Shown piece by piece: positions 36,487-49,110 of a DNA stretch of 64,000 nucleotides. Made by a program: the position numbers and the translations under genes. The notes beneath the pieces were generated by a model. It was not told the DNA's origin. It saw only the letters and a list, made by a program, of their open reading frames with translations, and did not search any database. Source of the DNA: Felis catus (taxonomy: Eukaryota); NCBI RefSeq assembly GCF_018350175.1, contig NC_058368.1:187056001-187120000 (forward strand), read 5' to 3'. The first letter of the stretch is position 1. Every line of letters begins with the position of its first letter.

Positions 36487-39400
36487 ATGACTGTAAACCC
36501 ATATCTTTCTATAATAACACTGAATGTAAATGGATTAAATGCGCCAACCAAAAGACATAGGGTATCAGAATGGATAAAAAAAAACAAGACCCATCTATTT
36601 GCTGTCTACAAGAGCCTCATTTTAGACCTGAGGACACCTTCAGATTGAGAGTGAGGGGATGGAGAACTATTTATCATGCCACTGGAAGTCAAAAGAAAGC
36701 TGGAGTAGCCATACTTCTATCAGACAAACTAGACTTTAAATTAAAAGCTGTAACAAGAGATGAAGAAGGGCATTATATAATAATCACAGGGTCTATCCAT
36801 CAGGAAGAGCTAACAAGTATAAATATCTATGCGCCGAATACGGGAGCCCCCAAGTATATAAAACAATTACTCACAAACATAAGCAACCTTATTGGTAAGA
36901 ATGTGGTAATTGCTAGGGAGTTTAACACTCCACTTACAGAAATGGGTAGATCATCTAGACACAGGGTCAATAAAGAAACAAGGGCCCTGAATGAGACATT
37001 GGATCAGATGGACTGACAGATATATTTAGAACTCTGCATCCCAAAGCAACAGAATAGACTTTCTTCTCGAGTGCACATGGAACATTCTCCAAGATAGATC
37101 ACATACTGGGTCACAAAACAGCCCTTCATAAGTATACAAGAATTGAAATCATACCATGCATACTTTCAGACCACAATGCTATGGAGCTTGAAATCAACCA
37201 CAGGAAAAAGTCTGGAAAACCTCTGAAAGCATGGAGGTTAAAGAACACCCGACTAAAGAATGAATGGGTCAACCAGGCAATTAGAGAAGAAATTTAAAAA
37301 TATATGGAAACAAATGAAAATGAAAATACAACAATCCAAGCGCTTTGGGATGCAGCGAAGGCAGGCCTGAGAGGAAAATACATTGCAATCCAGGCCTATC
37401 TCAAGATACAAGAAAAATCCCCAATACAAAATCTAACAGCACACCTAAAGGAAATAGAAGCAGAATAGCAAAGGCAGCCTAAACCCAGCAGAAGAAGAGA
37501 AATAATAAAGATCAGAGCAGAAAAAAAACAACATAGAATCTAAAAAAACTGTAGAGCAGATCAACAAAACCAAGAGATGGTTTTTTGAAAAATAAACAAA
37601 ATTGATAAACCTCTAACCAGGCTTCTCAAAAAGAAAAGGGAGATGACCCAAAGAGATAAAATCATGAATGAAAATGGAATGATTACAACCAATCCCTCAG
37701 AGATACAAGCAATTATCAGGGAATACTATGAAAAATTATATGCCAACAAACTGGACAACCTGGAAGAAATGGACAAATCCCTAAACACCCACACGTTTCC
37801 AAAACTCAATCCAGAGGAAATAGAAAGCTTGAACAGACCCATAACCAGCAAAGAAATTGAATCAGTCATCAAAAATCTCCCAACAAATAAGAGTCCAGGA
37901 CCAGACAGCTTCCCAGGGGAGTTCTACCAGACGTTGAAAGCAGAGATAATCCCTATCCTTCTCAAGCTATTCCAAGAAATAGAAAGGGAAGGAAAACTTC
38001 CAGACTCATTCTATGAAGCCAGTATTACTTTGATTCCTAAACCAGACAGAGACCCAGTAAAAAGAACTACAGGCCAATATCCCTGATGAATATGGATGCG
38101 AAAATTCTCAGTAAGATACTAGCAAATCGAATCCAACAGCATATAAAAAGAATGATTCACCATGATCAAGTGGGATTCATTCCTGGGATGCAGGGCTGGT
38201 TCAACATTCACAAATCCATCAACGTGATACATCACATTAATAAAAGAAAAAATAAGAACCATATGATCCTGTCAATCGATGCAGAAAAGGCCTTTGACAA
38301 AATTCAGCAACGTTTCTTAATAAAAACCCTCAAGAAAGTCGGGATAGAAGGAACATACCTAAACATCATAAAAGCCATTTATGAAAAGCCCACAGCTAAC
38401 ATCATCCTCAATGGGGAAAAACTGAGAGCTTTTTCCCTGAGATCAGGAACATGACAGGGATGTCCACTCTCACCGCTGTTGTTTAACATAGTGTTGGAAG
38501 TGCTAGCATCAGCAATCAGACAACAAAAGGAAATCAAAGGCATCAAAATTGGCAAAGATGAAGTCAAGCTTTCGCTTTTTGCAGATGACATGATATTATA
38601 CATGGAAAATCTGATAGACTCCACCAGAAGTCTGCTAGAACTGATACATGAATTCAGCAAATTGCAGGATAGAAAATCAATGTACAGAAATCAGTTGCAT
38701 TCTTATACACTAGTAATGAAGCAAAAGAAAGACAAAGAAACTGATCCCATTCACAATTGCACCATGAAGCATAAAATACCTCGGAGTAAATCTAACCAAA
38801 GATGTAAAAGATCTGTATGCTGAAAATTATAGAAAGCTTATGAAGGAAATTGAAGAAGATATAAAGAAATGGAAAAACATTCTGTGCTCATGGATTGGAA
38901 GAATAAATATTGTCAAAATGTCAATACTACCCAAAGCTATCTACACATTCAGTGCAATCCCAATCAAAATTGCACCAGCATTCTTCTTGAAACTAGAACA
39001 AGCAATCCTAAAATTCATATGGAACCAAAAAGGCCCCAAATAGCCAAAGTAATTTTGAAGAAGAAGACCAAAGCAGGAGGCATCACAATCCCAGTCTTTA
39101 GCCTGTACTACAAAGCTGTCATCATCAAGATAGCATGGTATTGGCACAAAAACAGACACATAGACCAATGGAATAGAATAGAAACCCCAGAATTAGACCC
39201 ACAAACGTATGGCTAACTCATCTTTGACAAACAGGAAAGAATATCCAATGGAAAAAAGACAGTCTCTTTAACAAATGGTGCTGGGAGAACTGGACAGCAA
39301 CATGCAGAAGATTGAAACTAGACCACTTTCTCACACCATTCACAAAAATAAACAAAATGGATAAAGGACCTGAATGTGAGACAGGAAACCATCAAAACCT

Positions 39401-40296
39401 TAGAGGAGAAAGCAGGAAAAGACCTCTTTGACCTCAGCTGTAGCAATCTCTTACTTGACACATCCCCAAAGGCAAGGGAATTAAAAGCAAAAATGAACTA
39501 CTGGGACCTTATGAAGATAAAAAGCTTCTGCACAGCAAAGGAAACAACCAACAAAACTAAAAGGCAACCAACGGAATGGGAAAAGATATTTGCAAATGAC
39601 ATATCGGACAAAGGGCTAGTATCCAAAATCTATAAAGAGCTCACCAAACTCCACACTCGAAAAACAAATAACCCAGTGAAGAAATGGGCAGAAAACATGA
39701 ATAGACACTTCTCTAAAGAAGACACCGATGGCCAACAGGCACATGAAAAGATGCTCAATGTCGCTCCTCATCAGGGAAATACAACTCAAAACCACACTCA
39801 GATATCACCTCAAGCCAGTCAGAGTGGCCAAAATGAACAAATCAAGAGACTATAGGTGCTGGAGAGGATGTGGAGAAACGGGAACCCTCTTGCACTGTTG
39901 GTGGGAATGCAAACTGGTGCAGCCACTCTGGAAAACAGTGTGGAGGTTCCTCAAAAAATAAAAATAGACCTACTCTATGACCCAGCAATAGCGCTGCTAG
40001 GAATTTACCCAAGGGATACAGGAGTACTGATGCATAGGGCCACTTGTACCCCAATGTTTATAGCAGCACTCTCAACAATAGCCAAATTATGGAAAGAACC
40101 TAAATGTCCATCAACTGATGAATGGATAAAGAAATTGTGGTTTATATACACAATGGAGTACTACATGGCAATGAGAAAGAATGAAATATGGCCCTTTGTA
40201 GCAACGTGGATGGAACTGGAGAGTGTGATGCTAAGTGAAATAAGCCATACAGAGAAAGACAGATACCATATGTTTTTACTCTTATGTGGATCCTGA
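36487..40296 (+). pseudogene. ORF2: L1 ORF2p (APE endonuclease, reverse transcriptase, Cys-rich domain), disrupted
   Basis: ORF fragments carry TLNVNGLN, ICCLQE, NIYAPN (endonuclease); [22 protein letters not shown] (reverse transcriptase); HCWWEC (C-terminal). Multiple frameshifts, and a TGA at 38452-38454 inside GT(R)QGCPLSP. Confidence 0.95.
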
Positions 40297-42454
40297 GAAA
40301 CTTAACAGAACCCATGGGGGAGGGGAAGAAAAAAAAAGAGGTTAGAGTGGAAGAGAGCCAAAGCATAAGAGACTGTTAAAAACTGAGAACAAACTGAGGG
40401 TTGATGGGGGGTGGGAGGGAGGGAAGGGTGGGTGATGGGTATTGAGGAGGGCACCTTTTGGGATGAGCACTGGGTGTTGTATGGAAACCAGTTTGACAAT
40501 AAACTTCATATACTGAAAAAAAATAAAAATTTAAAAATTTAAAAAAGGAAAGAGAACTTTATGAAAAGGGCAACCCAACGAGAAGGAAGGATTATTCCTG
40601 AAGCTGCCTTCTGTTGAGCCTCTGGACATCTTATATATGTTTGTGGAAGGAGGTGTGACTACATGAGAGGAGGGTGAGGCATGTCTTGAAACCTGGGGTT
40701 GGGGGGAAGGTAGCACTCGAAACAATCTGGAGCCATGCATTCTTCCGGACGGTGAGGTGCCATTCGGTACTTGGCGCAATCAGTTACATCAGATAATTTC
40801 AAGATAAATAATGTCATCCAGTCCCCGTTAGGTTTCTATAATCGGTGGGTAAACAGGGAATAGGGGTGAAAAAGGCAAGGTTAATGATTAATCATGGATG
40901 AGGTTAAGAGGTGCATAAAACAGAAGTAGGAAACAAAATACAAAGTGGAGCTAATAATGCAACTAGTATAAATATAGTGTTCTGTTTATGCTTTCAAAGC
41001 AGGTCCAGGAACCAGATATCTGACCTCAGATGCAGGAAATCTTTAGTAGAAGGTGGCATATGAAAGTTCATAACATTTCCAAAGCATTTTCTGGATGGAA
41101 CCCTTTTGTCAGATGGGCTTGTGGTCACTCTCAGGAAGAAAGCTCCCCCTCTGAACTGGAACTGAATTTTGCTTTAGACAAGTTTGATTTGCACCTCTGA
41201 TATTGTCCTATGATCCTGAAACAACTACATTATGTTGTTCTCTTGGGAGAGAAGAGCTGCTACTCACTAGTCAGAATCAAGGTTATAAGGAGAAAAAAAA
41301 TACTTCAAAAGTATTTATACTTCTCAGAGAATGTTCTTGTACTATTTTTAATGACATGAATAATATATGCTCATCACAAAAATTTAAAAGAACACAGATA
41401 AACAAAGGATGAAAGTATATCTCATTCATCATCTCATGATGCAGATGACCAATGATCCATTTTGGTGTATCTCATTTACTATATACCTATATGCTGATCA
41501 TAAAACACAAAATTATTGAACATGTTTTTTATGCTTCACAGAATGTAAGGACCATTTTCCATGCCATTTAATATACTCCTTCACCCAATGGAAGCACCAC
41601 ATACATTAATACCTATGTGAAGGAAAGAGAGAAACTTGGGGAACTTAGGAATAAGGGCTCTCTGTGTCTGGGAGTTGAAAGCGGAGACATTGGAGATATC
41701 CCATGTTCAAATCCAGGCTCTGCACCCACAAGCAGCAGGACATCCCTAGGCCTCTGAACTACTCACAGAATCATTTTTTTTCTGTTTGTAATATAGGAAA
41801 AGTAATGGAAGGTCTTCCCTGTGGTGGTTTTAAGGATCAAAGAAAATAGTGTAAGGAAAGTGGTTGACCGCACAGTGTTCAACTAGTGTTCATTCATTTT
41901 CATATTCAAAGAGGGAATAGAAAAAGAAAAAAAGAGAAAATGTGAGCAGAGGAAAACAGGGGAGAAGAAAGGAAAAGAAATGCTTTTTCCATAAACTGAA
42001 GGTATTCAGTAGTTGAGGACAGCCTCAGGAGAGGAAGGGTCAATGCCATATAGGAAATGGCAGATTTTCTGCAGGAGCTGCTGGTCTGTGTGTCTGAGCT
42101 CCTTGGTGCTTGAAGTAACAATAAAACAATAACACAATTTTCTTCTGCTTGTCTGGGCTGTAAGCTTCCTCTTGAGGGTGCCTGATGCAGTGGGTGGGGA
42201 GAGGGGTCTTTGCCTCTGCTCTCCCAGGAGCAGAGTCCCCTGAGCACAGAGGTGAGGTGTGGGAGGCCACAGGTGTCCTACATAGGCTATTCTTTCTCCC
42301 TCACCTGTCCCACCCATCCTTGTCCCATTCCAGAATGGTCAGAATAAATGGGATGAATCATCTCCACCTTCAGAAACTTACATTCTGAGCTCACCAGCCA
42401 GAGAAAATCTATGATTGCTGTTTTGTTGTAGTAGTTGCTTTGTTTTCCATATGA

Positions 42455-42660
42455 TCTTTTAACAGCTTTATTGAGGCATAATTGCTATGCAATAAACTGT
42501 ATGTATTTAAAACCCTGTATTTAGTTTGCAACATATGAATACACCCGTGAAACCATCACCACAACCAACCTAATGAACATCTGTCACCCCTGGTTTTTTT
42601 GTGCCCCTTCATGGTCCCTCCCACTACCACTCATGCCCCCTAAGCTTTCTGCATGGCTGC
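42455..42660 (-). mobile_element. Old L1 3'-end fragment (L1MC-like)
   Basis: aacagctttattgaggcataattg...acacccgtgaaaccatcaccaca. Confidence 0.7.
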
Positions 42661-42964
42661 ATTTTTATTCCTTTCCATCTTATTATCAGTAATTAGACAA
42701 TCTGATGTTTTCATGTTCCTGTGATTTCTTTTTTCTGAGACTGGATTCTCATAGAAGTTTTTTCCATATTCCACTAAAAACTGTGACCCCCATCCACCCA
42801 GTGTATAAGCCACTTTTAAAAGGAGAATTGTGCCTCTTAATATTCCTTATTGCAAGTGGAGATGTTTTTGCATCAACTCTTATTAACACTCCTGATTTCC
42901 TGATGGAATTGGAAGTAAGGCTCACTGGAGATGATTTTGGCTCCAGGATGGAAGAGAAACCACA

Positions 42965-43530
42965 GCTTCATTCATTCAACAAGGGGTGGGAGGCTCCTAT
43001 GAGGCAGCTTGGTATATGCAGAGGAGGGCAAGACGAAGCAGGTTCCTTACCCCCACGAAGCTCACAGCTTAAAAAGAGGGCTGAGCACATGCAAGTAAAC
43101 AAATAATCATTTATGAAGGAAAATAAAAAGCATGTAGTGACAAAAAAGAATTCTGGATTTGTTTTCCTCTTTGATGTAAAGCATAAGGAAAGGGCTGTCA
43201 GAATGGAAGCAATTAACTAAGTTGATAACAGTTTCCTTCTTATGGAAAAGCTTCAGGAAGCCTGGGGAACAAGGTTCTAGGCTAGGTCATGAGCAGATGC
43301 CAAAGACCTGAGGCAGGAAAGAAATTGGGGCCTCACGGGATCAGCAGGCTAACATGGCCAGAGCATGAGAGCTATGGAGAGATGCCTGAGAACACAGTTG
43401 CAGGAGAGGCAAGGGAGGGCCAGGTCAGAGCCCATGTGGGCCTCAGAAGAGATTTAGGTTTCATTCTAAATGCATAAATAGAGAAGAAATAGGAAAGTCT
43501 CTGTCAGAGAAGTGGCACAATTTGATTCGA
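42965..43530 (-). mobile_element. L2 relic
   Basis: ttcattcattcaacaa...gaagctcacag...cagatgccaaagacctgaggcagga. Confidence 0.65.
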
Positions 43531-43649
43531 TAAAGATGATAGCTTCTCATTAATGGATACAGAAAAATGAAAATGTCAGTTTTCTGGCTAAAACAATAGT
43601 TATGAATAATTCTGTATATTATGGCAACTTAGTTCAGAGAAAAATAACA

Positions 43650-43850
43650 AATGGCTATTTTATATTGAAATATGCTACCTGCCAGGGCACAACACCAGGC
43701 ATTTTATCTATATTTCTCATTTACCTCTATAAAACATGTATTATTCCTATTTTACAGATGAGAAAACTGAATTGGGTTAAATAATTTTAACAAAGTTGAC
43801 AAAACTTTGAGACTAGCTTACCTAGGTAAATCAGTAGAGCTGAGGGAAAT
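43650..43850 (-). mobile_element. MIR SINE
   Basis: tattattcctattttacagatgagaaaactga. Confidence 0.7.
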
Positions 43851-44179
43851 GTCTCTATCAAAACTTCTCTGCAACTTTTTGCCTCAAGGTCCCATTAAAA
43901 CCTGTTCTTTTAGCCCCCATGGAAGCTAATAGCTTTTAGAAAGAAAATAGGTCATGCACTGAAAGGAGGCAGTAATGAAGAAAATCATTGAGGGTGAAGG
44001 GCACATGAGATGGGATGCTGGGACAACGGACAGAGTGCCCATGATGCCCATGTGTGCAAGGTTACTCTCTACCTTCAAGGTAACACAAGAAGCAAGTTAC
44101 AGAAATTAGGGATGTTGCTAAGCAAACCTTAGCAACTTCACAAACGTAGATATCTATTCTTCATACACAAAAGGCTTCA

Positions 44180-44715
44180 AAAAATCAAACCAAATTACTA
44201 TGTGACCCAGCAATTCTGCTTCTCAATATATATCCCCCCCCCAATAAAAACCCATAACCAAAATAAACCCCAAAATCTTATAAATGAATGGTCATAGTTA
44301 CATGAGTTGCAGCCCTCAAAGGTCCATCAGATGATGAATGGATGGATATAATGTGGCATATCCATACAATGGGATATGTTATTCAGTCATCAAACAAAAT
44401 GAATTTCTGATACATGCTATGATGCAAATGAACTTCGGGACTTCTATTAAGTGAAAGATGCCAGACACAGAAGGTGACATATTTTGTGATTCTGCCTACA
44501 TTAAAATGTCTAGAATAGGCTAATCCACAGAGATAGAAAGCAGATTCGTGGTTGGTTGCCATGGACTGGGGTTGAGAATGAGGAATGACTATTTAATGGG
44601 TACTGAACATGTTGAACTTGATAAAGGTGATGTGAATACATTACATTGCGAGTGTATCAAATAGCACTGTTTGTATACTTTAAATGATTATATAAGTTTT
44701 CTCAGTAAGAAAAAA
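44180..44715 (+). mobile_element. Old L1 3' fragment (L1MB-like)
   Basis: tgacccagcaattc...tccatacaatgg...aagtgaaagatgccagacacagaagg...agagatagaaagcagatt matches the old L1 ORF2 end and 3'UTR. Confidence 0.8.
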
Positions 44716-44794
44716 TTCAGCAGAGTCATGGAGAGCACCCAAAATTCCCAGCTAAGGGAACCCTCACAGTCCATAAACAGAATCTCTAGATAAT

Positions 44795-45270
44795 CTTTAT
44801 TCATTTTGCTTATATCTATTGAACACCTACTGTGTTAGATATTGGGATAAGCCCAATGATACATGGTCTCTGCCTTTATAGAGTTTACAGCCTAGCAGAG
44901 ACAAAAGACATTAATGAAATAACCACAAGAATATAAAATATGAATGTGATGAATAGTCTGAAGAAGAAGTTCTATGGTACCAGAATGAGAGTTGGGGAAT
45001 GCTTTCCTGATAAAATAACAACTGAGGAGCCTTCTAAAGAATTTACTAGGAGAAGGAAAGGCAGCTTGAGATAGAGAGGGAACAGTATGTGCTAAGGCCC
45101 AGTGATAGGAGATTATGTGCTAAAGGTCAGGATCTGAAAAAAAGTTTGTGTGGCTGAGTTGTAAACAAGAAAAGAAGGCCGGTATAAGATGAACCTAGAA
45201 AGGCAGCCTGGAGCCTAGAGAAGGCAAGATCACACAGAGCCCTGAAAGTCACATTCAGGATTTTGGTGTG
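44795..45270 (-). mobile_element. L2 relic
   Basis: tattgaacacctactgtg...tctctgcctttatagagtttacagcctag...gggaacagtatgtgctaaggccc. Confidence 0.7.
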
Positions 45271-46929
45271 AGTTTTTGGAACCAAACACACTCCATGTTT
45301 CCATTCCCAGCCCTGCACTTTCTATCCTCCTACCTTTCACCACTACTGACATGTCTTTGTTTACTGTCTCACACTACTTCTGCATAAAGATAGGGACTGC
45401 CCACTGATTTAGTGGACACAGCACACACTAGGTGTTAAAAGACTTGTTGAATTAACTCATGGATTTCTATCTTGAAATTATCACTCACACTGCAGTGTGG
45501 AGAATGGGTTGGTTTGGGGTGAGAAGAGATTCAGGGCTGCCAGATGCTGGATTCTGTAGTAGAAGGGAAGTCTTGGTGTAGGATTACCTCTCCTGGGAAG
45601 CTATGTAAGTGTTGCTCTGCCTGTGAATGGGCAGCAGCTGCTTTGTTTGCAATAATCATGTCTTTCCTTGAAGAATAAGACCCTCTTCTAGCTGAGCTCT
45701 CTGACCTCTTGATTCAGATTGCCCTAGCAAGAGGTTAAACAATCAAAAGATAGGGAACATCCTTTCAATGAGGAATGTGGGAAGCCTGGGGTCTACTGGC
45801 GGGTGGGGTGGAGGGTGGGTTTTGAGAGAGCACTGGACTTGGCATCCAGAGACCTGGGTTTTACCCCAGGCCTATCAGTTCACCATGAGACCTTAGGGTC
45901 ACTCCATCTCTCTGGTTTCCCATCCTATTAAGGAACTAAATAGGAACTTGATTTAGATGGTTTATCCCTATTCTATCTTCCCACAGAAGACTTTGTCGAT
46001 CGTGATAATAGCAACCTATATTTATCTAAGCCACTGTGACAAAAGGTTACTGTGTTGAGCATTATGACAAACCATCCTATGAATTGAGTAGCACTTTTTA
46101 ATAGGATTCATATTTCATCATTCCTGCTAACATCTACATTTCAAAAACATATAGGTATGCGCAAACTCATATTTATTTAACCTAGAGATAATGTCTAGTG
46201 CTCACAGATTTGCAGACCCCTTGGAACCACTGGAGTGAAAGACATAAAAGATCATAATCCTAGGGAACAAAGAAAAAGCCGATTATAGGAGGGAAAATGG
46301 AAAGGCTTCACAGTCTGCATTGAGGTGGGGCTGCTTTCTTCTGCCTCCTCTCCTCTCTTTCCCACCAAGCTGGTGATGATACTGTATCCCTCTTCATCCC
46401 TGGAGAAAGATCCTCCCAGATTCAAGAAGCAGACTGCCTTCGTCCCTGACCTTCTATCACCAGTGTGCAATCCCTGAGCTGGTTTCTAGAATGGCTCACA
46501 AACTGATGAAAGTTCAAAGAAGCTGCCTGGGTGTTGAGAGACTTCTGTTGACTACTTAATGAATTTTATCAGAAAAAGCAAAACTTGGGGATCTCTGAAG
46601 CAGAAAGGACAAAGTCTGGAAATTGGCATTGCCCTCTCTCTTGGCCTCTGCTGCATTTATGTTTTTATAACAGATTTCTTTGTGAAAGGTGCCGATTTTC
46701 TTTTCCCCAAGCTCATTAATTTCTCAGCATTAATACATTTCCTTTATCCTCTAATTAGGCACCACTTTTCACATATTTATGGTAGTGAATGCCTATGGGC
46801 CAAATTTGCCCCCTTCATGCAACACAGAGGCCAGTCCACACTTGTGATCTGTGTTCCAATTGCATGCATGGGCAGTGCAAGAGCCACTTATCAAGTATAA
46901 TTCACAAAAGACTCCTTTTTGCTCATAGC

Positions 46930-47730
46930 CTCTTATTCAATACACTAAAATACTTGAGTGACGACTACATCTCAGGTGCTATTCTAGATGCCTGGGATTT
47001 TTGCAGAGAACAAAATGCAAAACTCTATGCCTCCCAACATAAGTAAATTATATCACAGGTTAGCAGTTAATAAATGCCTAGTAAGGAAAAACAAAAAGGG
47101 TAGGGCTAGGAATGCTTGAGGATGGCAATGGGGTGAGATGTGTTTGCAAATAGGGTGTTGAGAAGTTGTATCAGGAAAGAGTTAGTCATGCAGATATCTG
47201 GAGGTAGAGCAATCCAGACCATAGGGACAGTAAGTGAAAGACCCTAAGGAAGGGTTCATGACTGCTATGTCCAAAAAATAATAATGAGGTCAATGTGGCT
47301 GAAGTGATAGGAGTTGTGGGGAGTGGATGAGGGGTGTGGAGAGTGTCATTAAGAAGGTTGAGGTCAGGGGCGCCCGGGTGGCGCAGTCGGTTAAGCGTCC
47401 GACTTCAGCCAGGTCACGATCTCGCGGTCCGTGAGTTCGAGCCCCGCGTCAGGCTCTGGGCTGAGGGCTCGGAGCCTGGAGCCTGTTTCCAATTCTGTCT
47501 CCCTCTCTCTCTGCCCCTCCCCCGTTCATGCTCTGTCTCTCTCTGTCTCAAAAATAAATAAAACGTTAAAAAAAAAATTAAAAAAAAAAAAAAAAAAAGA
47601 AGGTTGAGGTCAGAGAAGTAATGGGTTCTGATTGTGTGAGACTTTTGGGCCCTCTGTAAGGACTTGGGCTCTTAGTGAAATAGATGGCCATGCTGGGTTT
47701 TAATCAGAAGAAAAACGAGATCTCACTTTT
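46930..47730 (-). mobile_element. L2 relic (interrupted by a young SINE)
   Basis: aatacttgagtgacgactaca...agtcatgcagatatctgg...taaggacttgggct. Confidence 0.7.
47367..47596 (+). mobile_element. Young Can-SINE (SINEC_Fc type) inside L2
   Basis: Perfect TSD AAGAAGGTTGAGGTCA at 47351-47366 and 47597-47612; long A tail. Confidence 0.98.
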
Positions 47731-48052
47731 GTTGTATTCATTAATTGCCTCTATTTTCATTCACCTAGTAGCTTTAACACCAATTGAAAATTTGGGCCTG
47801 AATCAATTACATTATTGCTTTTTTAAATTCTATCACTTATATTCCTTCATCAGCTGACATTCCTTTGTGAAGTAAAGCTTTCTCTCATCAACCTGGATAT
47901 TTGATTGCCCAGGAATATGTTTTCTGCTGGAAAGTAAAAATAAATGCTAAGGTCATATTCTTTAATAACTAATTTTCAAGGAAAGCCATTTTTTTTAATA
48001 GACTCTCAAATAGAGACAAATGTGCCTTGTGCTTTAGAAGGACTCTCCCACT

Positions 48053-48176
48053 GGGGTGCCTGGTGGTTCAGTCAGTTAAACATGGAACTTCAGCTCAGGT
48101 CATGATCTCCCTGTTGGTGGGTTCGAGCCCTACGCTGGACTCTGTGCTGACAGCTCAGAGCCTGGAGTCTGCTTCC

Positions 48177-48235
<59 letters not shown>

Positions 48236-48302
48236 TCTCTCTGCCCCTTCCCTGCTCATGCTCTATCTCTCAAAAATGAGTGTTTTTTTAAAAGTTAAAA
48301 AA
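48053..48302 (+). mobile_element. Can-SINE with expanded (CT)n
   Basis: TSD AAGG(A/G)CTCTCCCACT at 48038-48052 and 48303-48317. Confidence 0.94.
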
Positions 48303-48589
48303 AAGGGCTCTCCCACTGTTTTTTTCTTGTACTGTCTTCTCCTTTCTTCCTACTGGGGATGAAGTTCCAGCAGGGAGTCATTCCTTTAATTAGCTGACAT
48401 CTGTTGGAGCCTCCTTTTGTTTGGATGGCGCACCCCTGATACCTGGAAGGATAAGAATGGCCCTGGAGGAGAGGGTGTTGATAAATCTTCCCTAGACTTG
48501 CTGATCACATAAGCTTATTGTTGTGTCCAGATCCTAGAAAGCAGTGGAGATAGTGCCATATCCATTGCTCAACAACTTTCATTAGTTGT

Positions 48590-49110
48590 ATTCAAATGCC
48601 TTCACCAGGTTTTTAAGGCTTTGTGAAATCTGTGCCAAGGTGGTCTTTAATTCCTTGATTCATTTCCTGTCCCATATTTTCCCTCCCCCTTCACCCACAC
48701 TCATATACATATACACCCTGCATTCTGGACATTATTGTAGCCCCTTTAAACTACCCAGTACCCCAAAACACACTCTATTCTATCCCATCTCCAGATTTTG
48801 TCTTTGGTGGCATATTCCATTGGGACGTCCTTTTCCAGAGTTATCTCTACCTGTTGAATTTCATTCTTCAACGCCTTCATCAAATGCTTCTTCCTCCATC
48901 CTCATCCTAAGCAACCCTCAAAGTTGAAATCTGACTCTCCAGGCACCACATATTTGTCTTATTTCCCCATCTGTTTCTCAGTTGTATGAAAGTTACTTGT
49001 GTTCATGGTTGAATCAGCCACATGAGAAGGGAGGCTGTGCCCTGAATTTTAGTTTCTCCCAGTGGTTAACAGTACTGTCCAGTTCATGGTAAGTGCTCAA
49101 ACATTGGTGG
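48590..49110 (+). mobile_element. L2 3' relic
   Basis: tcattcttcaa...tcaaatgcttcttcctcca...ccacatgagaagggagg...atggtaagtgctcaaacatt. Confidence 0.6.

Larger units (their letters stand above)
34627..40543 (+). mobile_element. Full-length young LINE-1 (felid L1_Fc-like), inactivated
   Basis: Perfect 15-bp TSD AAAGGAAAGAGAACT at 34612-34626 and 40544-40558, preceded by a TTTT/AAA endonuclease site. GGGGG start, GC-rich ~925-bp 5'UTR, ORF1 and ORF2 remnants, G-rich 3'UTR, AATAAA at 40498-40503 and an A-rich tail. Confidence 0.97.

Noticed and set aside
35839..40366. Minus-strand ORFs over the young L1 (e.g. 35839-36276, 145 aa), and + ORF 55986-56450
   Set aside because: Antisense frames of L1 coding sequence; no independent evidence.
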